From: Lama glama
Lineage: Eukaryota
Direction: 5' to 3'
Assembly: GCA_028534125.1 (NCBI GenBank)
Contig: CM052816.1
Location: 21,702,001-21,766,000, forward strand
Length of the DNA: 64,000 bases
Below the pieces are notes generated by a model. It saw only the letters and a list, made by a program, of their open reading frames with translations. It searched no databases and had not been told where the DNA came from. The position numbers and the translations under genes were made by a program. Below, in pieces: positions 32,541 to 43,290 of the stretch; position 1 is the stretch's first letter, and every line of letters begins with the position of its first letter.

Positions 32541-35500
32541 AGAGGAAGGAAGCAGGCCTCAGAGTGCCTCGCATCCCGTGGGACCTTTGCACGAGCATCT
32601 TAGCTGATCCCACCCTCCCTGGGCCTGCCAGCCCGTGGTGCAGGTCCTTGTCCTTCCTGGGGACCTGAGGCCCAGAAGACCACTGGCCCACCCAGCCTGC
32701 CCAATCAGTGATAGTAGAGAAGGAATTAGAACCCATATCTGTTCCTGTTCTCCTGATGTCTTCTTCTATCTCAGGGATCAGAAAACCAGGAAATGCTGGT
32801 CACCTGGCTAGACCAGCAGAGGGATGTCCCCCTTGGGGCAGCTGTAAAGGGAGACTCCTCCACGTGTTGTCAGGGAATCTAGGGAGCCTGTTACCATCCT
32901 CAGGAAGCCCTAGGGGCCAAAGGCAGAATTTCCCCAGCAGAGCCTGGCATCCAGGCATCTCTGTGTCTCAGGCTTGGACTCTCTACCACTGATCCCTGGG
33001 TAGCCCAAGAAATTTTCTCCTCCCTGAGCCTCAGCTCCAGCATCTGTAAAATGGATTTAATTATTATTGTGTCACAGAGGAAACTATTGTCTATCCCAGG
33101 AACCTTTGTGGGAGTATCCTCCCAGGGAGGAGACAGTGCTCAACCTATATTCTCCTCTCCTCACTCCTTTGGGAGGTTTCTGAAGTCTAAACTGGGCAAA
33201 GGACTTACTTTTACTGGAATTTTCAGGGACAGCTACCACTTGCACAGCCCCAGCGCTAGATAGCATCTTTCTGGACAGATGCAGTGAGGTAGTGAGCCCA
33301 GCCTCCACACTTACGGGGTCCTGCAGCACCCTTGGGAGATCCCAGTGTGAGGACAGCACCATGAGTTGCTCATCCTTCCCTGAGAGGGCATCCTGGTCAC
33401 TCCAGGCCACACCAGACTTACGTTTGGTCTTTGTGGTTGCAGCTGCAGGTGGAGCTGTCCTGCATATCCCGGACTAGATCTCCAGAGGTTCACCTCAAGA
33501 AGTCCAGACTGGCCAGGAGAGCAGTTCTGGTCCTGTTCTCTGGGTGTCCCTTGGCGCTGGTACTGACAAGTCCTGATTGGTCTGGGAGGATGTGAGGGTG
33601 GTTAGCCTCCAACCATGTGCATGTGGACTCTGCATCCACACTGCCCAGCTTCCAGGAGGCTGGAGATGTGGCTGACCTCACAGCCGCCTTCACTTAGAGC
33701 TCACATCTGGTGCTCACATTGGGTAGGGGCAAGGAGGACAAGGCCCAGACTCAGAGGCACCACGTTAAGGGCACCAACCAAGATGTACACAAGGAATGGA
33801 CAGCTAGGAGGGGGCGGTCATGAAATGAGAGTGAAACGAGTTAAGAGAAGGCCTTGAGTGGATCTGTTGGATGTGTGTGTTTGGGGTACGAGGTGAGTGA
33901 GGAGCCTCAGACACTTGGGGTTCTGACTAGGTGGACAGCAAGGCCATTTGCTGTGATGGTGGAGACCCAAGTCATCAGACAGGTTTGGGGAGCCATCCAG
34001 ACTGGACTGGATATGGCAAGTTAGAGAGGCCAGGGGACCTTCAGAAAGACTCAGCTGTGGGCACATGGAGGTCAGGGAGAGGTCAGGGTCCAAGACATTT
34101 GGAAGTCATTGGTGAAGAGGAAGTTCCCAGCACCAGAGGGCTGCACAGAGTGAGCCAATCCTTGGGTAATGCCTGGTGATGCCAACTTTTAAGGCTGAGC
34201 CAAGAATTATGAGATGTCCTTTTTCACTTCACTCCTTGGGCCTTGGGGCTTCCTTGCTGTTTCCCAGGACCTAACAACTGTACACTCAGGCAATGACACC
34301 CATGGATGGGTACGCCAGGTCCTCTCTCTCCCCTGTGTATGTCTCCCAATTGCCCAGAGGACTCCCTACAGGGCTAGAAATGCATCCCCACCTGTGACTC
34401 TCTCCCTTAATCTCATCCCTGGCTATCAGTGTCATCAGTCACCTAGAAGGGGCCACTGCCTTTTTCTGCCTCCTTGGGAGAAAGCCAACGGGGGCTGCAT
34501 GAAAAATTTAAAGTAAGACAAATCATTAGAAGACAAGCCTTTACAACTTTCCAAAGACCTGAGGGTGCCCCTCACTGCCCTCTATGTTTGGGGCTGGAGT
34601 CCAGGCCAAGGTACTGGGTGGGAGCCTAGGGTCCCCAGCCTAGCTCCCTCACCCATCCCTGTGGAGCTGTTGGAGCAGAGTCAGGGCTACAGATGCCAGC
34701 TTTCTGTGCTGGGCAGGATGGGTGGTTCTGGGACGAGCTTCTTTCAGGACTTTTCTGAAGTGCCAGGGCTCCCTTGGGCTCACCATGAGGCCCTGCTTGG
34801 GCAGGTGCATCTCTTGGTTCTAGTTCCATTCTTCAGGTCCCAGAGGGCCCTGGTCTTGAGCCTCAGTTCCCTGTTTTTCACCTCTACCTCTGGGAAGGGC
34901 CCCCTACCTCCTTCCAGCACCTCCCCCAGAGGCCCCCCAGCCCCTCACAGGGATGAGAGCACCTTCACCAGACTCAGACTGAGGATCCAGCAGTAGTTGG
35001 GGGGTGGCTCACAAAATGTCTTTGGGATGGCTGGAGGGGTCCTTGGGGATCTCTCTTTCCCACCCAAGGGCCACCAACTCATAGCTCCCACTCCCTGAAC
35101 ACACGCTCATTTCCCACGCTCTCAGGCCACATCCTAGCAAGTGTTGGGCCAGGCTTCCTGTGTGGCGTCCTGGGAGCACAGTAGCTGCCTCTGTGATGAA
35201 TGCAGAGTTGGAGGCCAACAGGCTGGGTCACTTCCCACTGCATGACTTCAGGCTGTGATTTCCACCTCTGAACTCCAGTTGGCTTAGCTCCACAAGAAGA
35301 TGAAGGCCTGCTTTGCAGGTGGTTAGAGAGCTCTGGGCTGTATGTGGAGGTGTTTTCTGTTTTGGCTGACTGGGTGTCTCCCCCTTCCCCCATCCCTCCC
35401 TGTCTCTGTCTCCCTGTTAGAAAGAGGAAGAGAGGGGAGTGATTGCTGGGGTCTGGGCAAATGTCCAGAGGTTTCTGATGGGTGTGGATTTAGGCTTCCC

Positions 35501-38149
35501 TGATAGGGAGCTTCCCTGTGCAGACCTTTCCCCAGCACCCCAACACTGTCCTACACCCAGCCCCAGGAGGCAAACCCTGCTAGGCAGCCTGGGTATTCGA
35601 GGTCAGCTGAGTAGGAAGTGACTCAGTCACACGGATTTTCCTGGAAAGAGCAAACTGAGAACACAAGTCCAGGGCACTGTCCTCACTGGTCCTGCCTCCT
35701 GTCCTGGGTGGGAGGAGGTGGTCCCAAGCTGCCAGGGGCCCAGGGCCCTGCCTTATAGGGACAAGCAACCATGGAGTCCTGCCCTCAGCCTGAGAAGAGC
35801 AGAATCACATTTATTAGATGCTCACTGATGCAGGGTGGTCCTGTTCAGTGTGGTTCCCCCACCCCCATTCAAGTCTCAGAGCCCTTTGGAGAGATAGCAG
35901 CGTCTCCATGGTTGATTATGGTGCTCAAGAGGGCCCCAGCCCCTTTCCCCACAGGGATCAGGACAAATGCAGTAGAAAGAGGAGGAGAAGGAGCACCTCC
36001 ACCCCCACCCCGGACGTGGGCCCTGACTCCCAGGTGCTCTTACAGCTCTATGCTGGGACTGTGACCCTCGCACATGGCTGTGGCCATGGGCACAACCACG
36101 CTCCTTTTCCTCCCCACCCGAGGTCCTCCCAACATAGCACCCCTCAGAGGCTCACATCTTTGTTGTCACAGTCTACTGTCCCTGGCTGTACTCCAGCACG
36201 GCCCATGTGCCCTCCAGGGTGGGCCGAGTCAAGACTTGCCCGGTGTCTGCTGAAGGAAGTCCCAAGGCAACCGGGGTGGAGGGCGCCTGTCTGAGGAGGA
36301 GGCAAAAAGGCCTCAGACTAGGATTCTGTGGATCTAGCGGAGCAGGGAGGGCTCATGGAGGGGAAAGGGAGGGTGTCACAGCATGAGCCAAGGCTGGAGG
36401 TGAAAGGTAAGTCTGGGATCTTTAAGGAGCTGAGTGGGAGGGAGGAGACCCTGACTACCCACCAAGGCAGGGGCAGCTGTAAACCAGTGGTCTCTCTCTC
36501 AGAATCTCCATGAGGGGTGGGGATGGGGCAGACATGGATCAGTGTGTATGTGGTGGGGGAGCTGGGTAGGAGACAGGACAGATGGGAATGCAGAGGATTT
36601 TGGCCACAAATGTGTGGTGGGTCTGTGAACAGAGGGTGGAGCTGAGGCACCGCGGCTGTGCTACTGACCCCTGGAGCTGGAACCAGGAGGCTGTGGAGCC
36701 AGTCTGTACCTGTGGAGGCCTGGGTCCTGTCAATGGGGAGACCCCTGGTGGGCTGGACTAGACTCAAAGGGCTGCTGTGTCTCAGTGGACATTAGCCAAA
36801 GCACTATGACTTAAGGATTCAGAGGCTCTGGAGTTGGACTCCTTACTTTCTCTGTGCCTCATTATTTTCATACGTAAATGGGGGCCATCATAGACTTCTT
36901 CAGGTCATGGCAGGGTTCTGAATCTCTTCTCACTTCGGGAGGGCAGCAGCAACTTTGCCTGATTCATCTTCCCCTCCGTGAGCCTGACCTGAGGTTTTCA
37001 AGGAGAAAATTGAGGCCCTAGCTCATGGTGAGAGGTCATTCACCCCCCCCCACCCTGGCGCACACACACTCTGCCTCCCCCTCCCTTGCTCCCACCATGG
37101 TCCTGGGGATCCCACCCTGCTTGGCTGACCCCTCTTTCCTCCAGAATCTTTCTCCCTCTGCCCTGGCTTCTTCCTGTTGGTGTTAAACACAGCGATGTGG
37201 CCTCATCCTATCCCTCTATCTCTATACGCCCACCATGCCTCAGGCCATGGTTGTCCAGTCTTGCTGTTTCCTTAGTGGCCAGATCGGGCTGGGCTGGCCT
37301 GGGAGAAAGGAGTGAGGAATGTGGGAAGGGATCAGGCTGAGACCCAGAAGTGCCTTGGGGCCCAGGGTGGCCAAACACCAGGGACAAAAGCAGTGACCAA
37401 GGGAGCTCTGAAGGGCCTGTCTCCGCCTGCCTACCTGGCACCCACCCTGTGGTCCTATAAACTGCCTAAACTCTTCTGTGACTCCAGCTCACCTTGTACT
37501 GTTAGACCTCCACACCCTTGCTCCCTGGTGCCACCTGCTTGACATCCTTCTCTGCAACTCTGGCTGTCCAATGAATTTCTACTCCTTTTTTAAGCTCCCC
37601 TTGCATCACCTTCTTAGGGAAGCACCTCTGATGAGATCCGCACCCATCCATCCATCGCTCTGTCTGTAATACCCCTACCACACCATCTTGGGCCAGCTGT
37701 ACATGGCCAGCCCCCAGCAGCCAAACTCAGTGTCTCCTCAACCCACTGCCCCTGCCTGGGTAAGCTGTGGAGGGTCCTCTGAGTGTTTGCTCAGCTGAGT
37801 CAAATGCAGATTCAAGGTCAGGGTAGGAGAAGCAGAGCCCCTTCCTGGAGCAGGAGGATTCACACCGTGGAGAGATGGGTGATGCCTCTCTCAGTTCTCT
37901 CTTCAGGCACTTGCCTTCCTGGCAGTTTCTCTTTACTCTATTTTTCTGTATTTCCAAGATTTTTCCTTTAGAGCATCTGTGCTCTTTCATTGCCCTTCCA
38001 GTGAAAAAATATAATATTTTAAAAGTTAACATAAAAAATAAAACTCCTGGTTGACGTTATCTACTTTCCTGCTGAAGGAGCCCCTTGGATATGGGAAGAT
38101 GGGAACTTCGGCTTTCTGATGGCGGTGGTGGGACTTACGATAGGGCTTT

Positions 38150-38166
38150 GGTGCCCCCTAGTGGCA
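38150..38166 (-). promoter_or_regulatory. CTCF motif (candidate IL3/CSF2 insulator)
   Basis: Minus strand GCCACTAGGGGGCAC, near-consensus CTCF core, about 5 kb downstream of the IL3 start. Confidence 0.6.
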
Positions 38167-39184
38167 ACTGGACCTATAGACCTGGCCTTGAGCACAGTCT
38201 GGGCAGGCTCTGAGAAAAGACAATAAAACTGACAGACCTGCCAGAGAGATACAGGCACCCCAAGGCCTCCTATAGGGTCACCGAGTCATCAATCCTCTCC
38301 CTGAAGGCAGCTGGACATGACATGGAAATACCCTGCTTGACTGAGAACTGCCCACCCCTCTGTTCTGGGCCCCAGTGCCAGGCAAAGTGAGGTTTGGTGT
38401 AAGGATGAGCCTGAATGGGCCGGGCTCATGTTCATCCCATTTCAACCTGGAGCAGGATGGACTGCTCTACAAGAAGGGCAATGAGGATCACCCAGAATAT
38501 CTGAAAAGGGCCACTCCCCTCTCAGGCATGTCACCCCCACCCACCAGCCCCGCTCCTGCCCTGGGTCCTGCCTAAGCTGACCTCCCACCCCACACACCCT
38601 CGGATTCTGCACCGAGTCTGTGTTGGCTGACCTGACCACTAACCCCACACTCGCAGTCCTCGTTCATTAATACTGGGCTCAGGCCTGCAGAGGGAAGAGG
38701 GAGAAATCCAGGGAGAGTTGTGGGCTCTTCCTTCTGTTCTATGAGCGTCTTCAGCCCATTTCAGTCTCCAGACCTTTGCACTGGCTTTTGTTCCCTCTGT
38801 CCAGTGCTCTTTCCTTACTGACTGCCACATGGCTGACACTTTCTTGTCATTCAGGTTTCAACCTATGTGTCACCTCCTCAGAAGGGCCTTCCCAGACCAC
38901 TCAGTCTAAAGCAAGCTCCCGGACACCTTCCGTCTGTCTAGTTCACGGCCAGATCCCCAGTGTCCAGCAGGGCGCCTGACATGTGGGTGTTCAGCCAATG
39001 TTCTCTGAAGGTATGAAATCAAGGCACTGAAGGAATGTAGTGGTACCCAGTCTGGAGTGAGAATCAGTGTGGCTCCAGGACAAAGGACCAAGAACTTTGA
39101 GAAGAGTCCTTGAAGGGGACAGACAGGTAAGAGCAAAATGGTGGACTGCCAGCTACCTCCCTACACCGCAAGTGAGGTCAGCTC

Positions 39185-39360
39185 CAGCAGCTGGCGAAAG
39201 TTTAACAACAGACTCCCATGGGAAAGAGTCTGTTTTGTAGCATTCGCTGATTTAAGTCAATCAGCAGAGTGTAAATACTCTCAACGTGGCTATTGTCAAG
39301 CTACAAATTGTTTGATAACCAGGTGGCAACATTTTAAAAGATTTAACAACAGGCTCTTGC
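39185..39360. mobile_element. hAT-type MITE remnant (MER63-like); related piece at about 14250-14700
   Basis: TTTGTAGCATTCGCTGATTT...GTGTAAATACTCTCAACGTGGC pattern. Confidence 0.4.
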
Positions 39361-40815
39361 CCCCTGAGGACAAGGTGTGAGAGAAGCATGGCAGGACAGG
39401 CCAAAGGGCCCATCTCCTCCCCACCAGGGCAGAGGATAGCAGGGCTGGCACAGGCAGAGGGCAGCTGACCCCCTCTCCAGGGAGTGAAGAGGTGACAAGC
39501 AATGACTCATCCTGGGAACAAGGGGATGGGACACAATGCTTGCCTCAGCCCACGATGCAAATAGGACCAGCCACCAGGTGGGTGGGAGGGCAAGCAGGGG
39601 CAAGAGGGCAGGAGAATTGGGAAGTCTAGTCTAGAATCAGGCCTCTCTCCGGGTCCTCCCAGGCTCACCTCTGCTCAGGGCCCTGGAGCACTTGAATCCT
39701 GTGGCGTGCCTCCCCTAGTGGCTCCTCAAGGAACTGCAGCAGCATCCCTGCCTCCTCCCAGGGCCAAGCCCATCATAAATCTTCCCTGAGCACCTACAGT
39801 GCTTTTAGTGTCAGGCTGCAGTGAGGTGGGGTGGGGTGAGAAGAAAATTATTTCTGTGGGAGCACAAAAATTTATTAAAAAGGACCGTGGAGAAATACAT
39901 TTCTTAGCTAGTAGCAGATGACTTCCTGCTGTCCCATTCAAGCAGCTGGGCTTAACCTCAGGGGATCAAACTGGACTATGGAAAAAAAGGGCATGGGACC
40001 CCAGCATCCAGTGTCAACACCCAAAGCCTTTATGGGACTTGTGAGGAGTCAGAGAGGCTGACATTGCTCCTTAGCATGGTGACAGAGGAAAGCTTGCTCT
40101 GCCCCTCCTCTCCTGATCTCCTCCCAGACTGGAGGAGGTGCACCGGGCAGGCTGCAGGGGAGCCAGAGAGGGAAGAGCTCAGGGATCAAGAGTCGGTGGG
40201 ACCCCAAGGGTCAGGTGGCAGACTGAAGCCACATTCAGTGATGCCCCAGCCTCTATCATCTAGGTCAGTCTCTGCCAACAGGGCCACACTGGCTATCCTT
40301 CCAGGGGATCCCAGTCTACCCACCTATTTCAGAGAAGAGCTCTGTCCCAGAGCAGCATGGACAACCCGGAGGTAGGCAACATTTCAGCTGGTCTCTGAAG
40401 TAGGAACTCACCATGTAGGGTCAGGATCAGGGCATACAAGGCTGAGGTGGCAGTGTGGGTAAAGGTTTAAAGGTATGAAGGAAGGTGTGTGGTTCATCTA
40501 GGACGCCACAGCGCTCCTGTTAGCTGGAGCATTGAGGAGATAGGTAGCTGTGGGGGAAAGGAAATAGAAGCACCAGGTGGAAGCAGGCCTTTCATGCTGT
40601 CCTAAGGATGTGGACAAGGTCCAGAAGACCCTGAGGACTGGAAAATGATATATGAGACCAATCTGGTCATATTTGCATTTTCTGAAAGTAAATCTGGCTC
40701 CCCAGGGGACCCATCCAGTGGCAGAGAGTCCTGTTAAATTACCAGGCAGGGAAAGTTACTAAGACCTGAGCCAAATTGAGACACTAGCAACAAAGCATTT
40801 GTTCAGAGAGGGTGG

Positions 40816-40986
40816 TTTATTTTCACAGATGTGTAGAAACCAGTTTGAAAACTGAGGTACAAATGAGCATGTCCCCAAGTCCCCATCTTGAGTCTTGTTC
40901 AGAAGGAGTGTGGCATGGCTTCTCTGCTAAAATAAATACAGTTCACATTGCACAAAGTAATAAATAAATACATAAATAAATAAATA
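40816..40986 (-). promoter_or_regulatory. IL3: IL3 3' UTR AU-rich element and polyA signal
   Basis: Overlapping ATTTA at 40958-40986; AATAAA 40816-40821. Confidence 0.85.
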
Positions 40987-41155
40987 GTCTCAGTAGGATA
41001 AAAATGAGAACATAGTCTCCAAAGAGCAAATGGGGGCTGCACATTCCAGGGATTAGATAATTAACAATTCATCTGACTCCACAGGAGAAAGTGAAATCCT
41101 TCCGGTCTTGGACTGGGTGAGAGATGTCCAAGAATCTTCAGATGATCTGCTGTTT

Positions 41156-41290
41156 CTAACATCCCGAGGGCCTGTGGTGAGAAGTCCCAGTGGGTAAGCT
41201 GGACTTCAGAAAGTTTTCAAGGGAAACCAGATATGTCATCAATTTATTCTGGAAATCACCCAAGCTGTTCTCAATAACAATTGGATCTTC
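41156..41290 (-). CDS. IL3: IL3 exon 5
   Basis: ttcttcacag|GAAGAT...TGT TAG; EDPIVIENSLGDFQNKLMTYL... Confidence 0.93.
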   Translation of the reverse strand, partial: EDPIVIENSLGDFQNKLMTYLVSLENFLKSSLPTGTSHHRPSGC

Positions 41291-43073
41291 CTGTGAAGAA
41301 ATCAAGAAGATGACATTAGATGGAGCCAGATTGGAATGTGGCTTACAGGTTAGGGTCAGGTCATGGCTGAGGGCATCCCCTGCAGGGGCATTTTGGGAGC
41401 AGCTTACCATGCACGTGGTTGTAAGCGGGATTGACTGGAAGCTCTGTGGGAAAAGACCAAAGCAGACAGTCAGAGACTCACCTAGAAAAGGAGCAGGACC
41501 TGCTACCCTCCTCCCCAGAGGCCAGGCAGGACCAAGGCAGGGACCCCCAAAAACCTTGTCATCTTCACACACCTCAAGATTTTTTATGATACTTGAGTCC
41601 TCTCTCAAGAGATTTTTGGCAGCTGTCACAAATGCATCCAGATTTGACCTCAAAAGGCTCTTATCCTATGAGGACAAAAGTATATGTGAGGGCAGAGGTT
41701 GGAAAGTGTCCTTCCCATGGCTAGGCTGAAGTCATCCCCACAATTTTCCCAGCCTGCTTTCAGGGACATCTCTGGACAATCCCCTCCTAGTCCTCTTCTT
41801 GCCCCACGTGGGTCCCTGAGCTGCCCCAAAGTGCTCAGGCCTAGAGGCAAGTTCACACCCCAGGCCATGCTCACATTACTCACACCAAGAGCCCCCGGTT
41901 CCATGTGAGCTGCTTGAAGGGCTGGGCAGATCCTTCTGCACTTGGGAGTAAAAACATTTCCCAAAACAGGCTCTTAAAAGGGAAAGAGCTGGCCAAGGGA
42001 AATATTTGCAGCCAAGAGGCCAGATAATAGGGTTAATGCCTTGACTGAATTAAGGGCTACTGGAAATCAGGAAGGAAGTCACAGAGACCCCAGCATGGAA
42101 ATGGGTGCAGCGGGAGAACTGTGAGTGCCTAAGAGAGGAGAAATATAAATGGCCAGTAGACTCAGGAGAGATTCCACATCTTGTTTGAGCCAAGAAATGC
42201 CATGCAGACAAAGATGAGATAACCACCGAAGCCAACTGGAGCTAGGAAAAATAACTGTACATGCTAATTTCAAGGACTGGTCAGAGTGGAGAACATGACT
42301 CAATTATTTAAGCAGGCATGTTCCTAGGGGGAAGTTTTAGTCTGACAGCTCAGAGGCTGCCCCACTGAAAACTGAGCTTAAGACCTTTGATATTCACCTA
42401 GAGCTGTATTTTCGTTTTGTAATTCATTTATTTATTATTATTTTTTTTTAATGAAGGTACTGGAGATTGAACCAGGACCTAATGCATGCTAAGCACGGGC
42501 TCTACCACTGAGCTATACCCTCCCCCTTCTCATTTTGTAATTTTTTAAAAAATCATTTTTACTATTATAGCCATGGTTGGGGAAATGTGTTGTGACCTGT
42601 TCAGCACCAGACACTGGTCTGGGAACTTGATGTGTTTAATTCTCACAACCCCACTGAGTTAGGCATTATTAACCTTATTAACAGATAAAAACACCGAGGC
42701 TAGTCCAGGTGGAATGGTATGCCTGAGGTCACCCAGGCAGGAGGTGGCTGGAGATCCACCCAAGTGCAGGGCTGAGCTCTTACCTGCAGGGTCATCTGCT
42801 CATCTGATAGCAAAGAGTCCTGCAGGGGCAGAGGGAGAGAGCGCCCATGAGTCTTGTTGGCCTGAGGCACCTGTCAGCCCTTCCCTGCCCCTTGCCAACC
42901 TTATCCCATCTACTCACATTTGAAGATACAGTTAGATTCTTTAGGTCTTGTCTAATTTCCTTGATGGCAGCAAAATACTGTTCATCCCTGAGCATTATGG
43001 ACGCCCCCCACACTGAAGGGGTGTGAAAAGCAAGCAGGAGCAGAAGCAGATGCAGGATGGAGAGGCTGCTCAT
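41156..43073 (-). CDS. IL3: Interleukin-3, 5 exons, 151 aa
   Basis: join(42918-43073, 42784-42819, 41573-41665, 41408-41443, 41156-41290) = 156+36+93+36+135 = 456 nt, all GT-AG phase 0. Protein MSSLSILHLLLLLLAFHTPSVWGASIMLRDEQYFAAIKEIRQDLKNLTVSSN/DSLLSDEQMTLQ/DKSLLRSNLDAFVTAAKNLLREDSSIIKNLE/SFQSIPLTTTCM/EDPIVIENSLGDFQNKLMTYLVSLENFLKSSLPTGTSHHRPSGC*. Artiodactyl-type IL-3 leader, LLRxNLxAF and DFxxKLxxYL motifs, position upstream of CSF2. Confidence 0.96.
41408..41443 (-). CDS. IL3: IL3 exon 4
   Basis: ttcccacag|AGCTTC...TGCATG|gtaagc; SFQSIPLTTTCM. Confidence 0.9.
41573..41665 (-). CDS. IL3: IL3 exon 3
   Basis: tcctcatag|GATAAG...CTTGAG|gtgtgt; DKSLLRSNLDAF...KNLE. Confidence 0.93.
42425..42526 (-). 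mobile_element. tRNA-derived SINE (vic-1 type) in IL3 intron 2
   Basis: Same head on the minus strand, A-rich tail, TTTTGTAATT flanking duplication. Confidence 0.85.
42784..42819 (-). CDS. IL3: IL3 exon 2
   Basis: cccctgcag|GACTCT...CTGCAG|gtaaga; DSLLSDEQMTLQ. Confidence 0.9.
42918..43073 (-). CDS. IL3: IL3 exon 1
   Basis: CCAAACATGAGC start; donor AAT|GTGAGT; 52 codons. Confidence 0.95.
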
Positions 43074-43148
43074 GTTTGGGTTGGCAGGGTGGATCTGTCT
43101 TGTCCGGGTCCTTTGTGGCGTTCTGTGGTGTCCAAGACAGGCTCCTTC

Positions 43149-43290
43149 TTTTATGTACGCAGCAGCCGCTTGCCAAAACCCCAGGCGAAGGGGGCGGGCT
43201 TCGGAAGAATCTTTATCTGACATGGAACCTCCATAGCAAACCACAGACTTATTCATCACTTTCTAGTACTCGAGATCAGTGAAACTTGGA
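43149..43290 (-). promoter_or_regulatory. IL3: IL3 proximal promoter
   Basis: TACATAAAA 43149-43157; GC box about 43190-43198; AGATAA 43213-43218; CK-1 GAGGTTCCAT 43222-43231; RUNX TGTGGT 43240-43245; Oct-like ATGAATAA 43249-43256. Confidence 0.85.

Noticed and set aside
41190..41729. 179-aa plus-strand ORF over IL3 exons 3-5
   Set aside because: Antisense shadow of IL3 with no independent gene signals.
43074..43259. N-terminal extension of IL3 in ORF 42792..43259
   Set aside because: Runs through the TATA box and promoter; the real start is the ATG at 43073.
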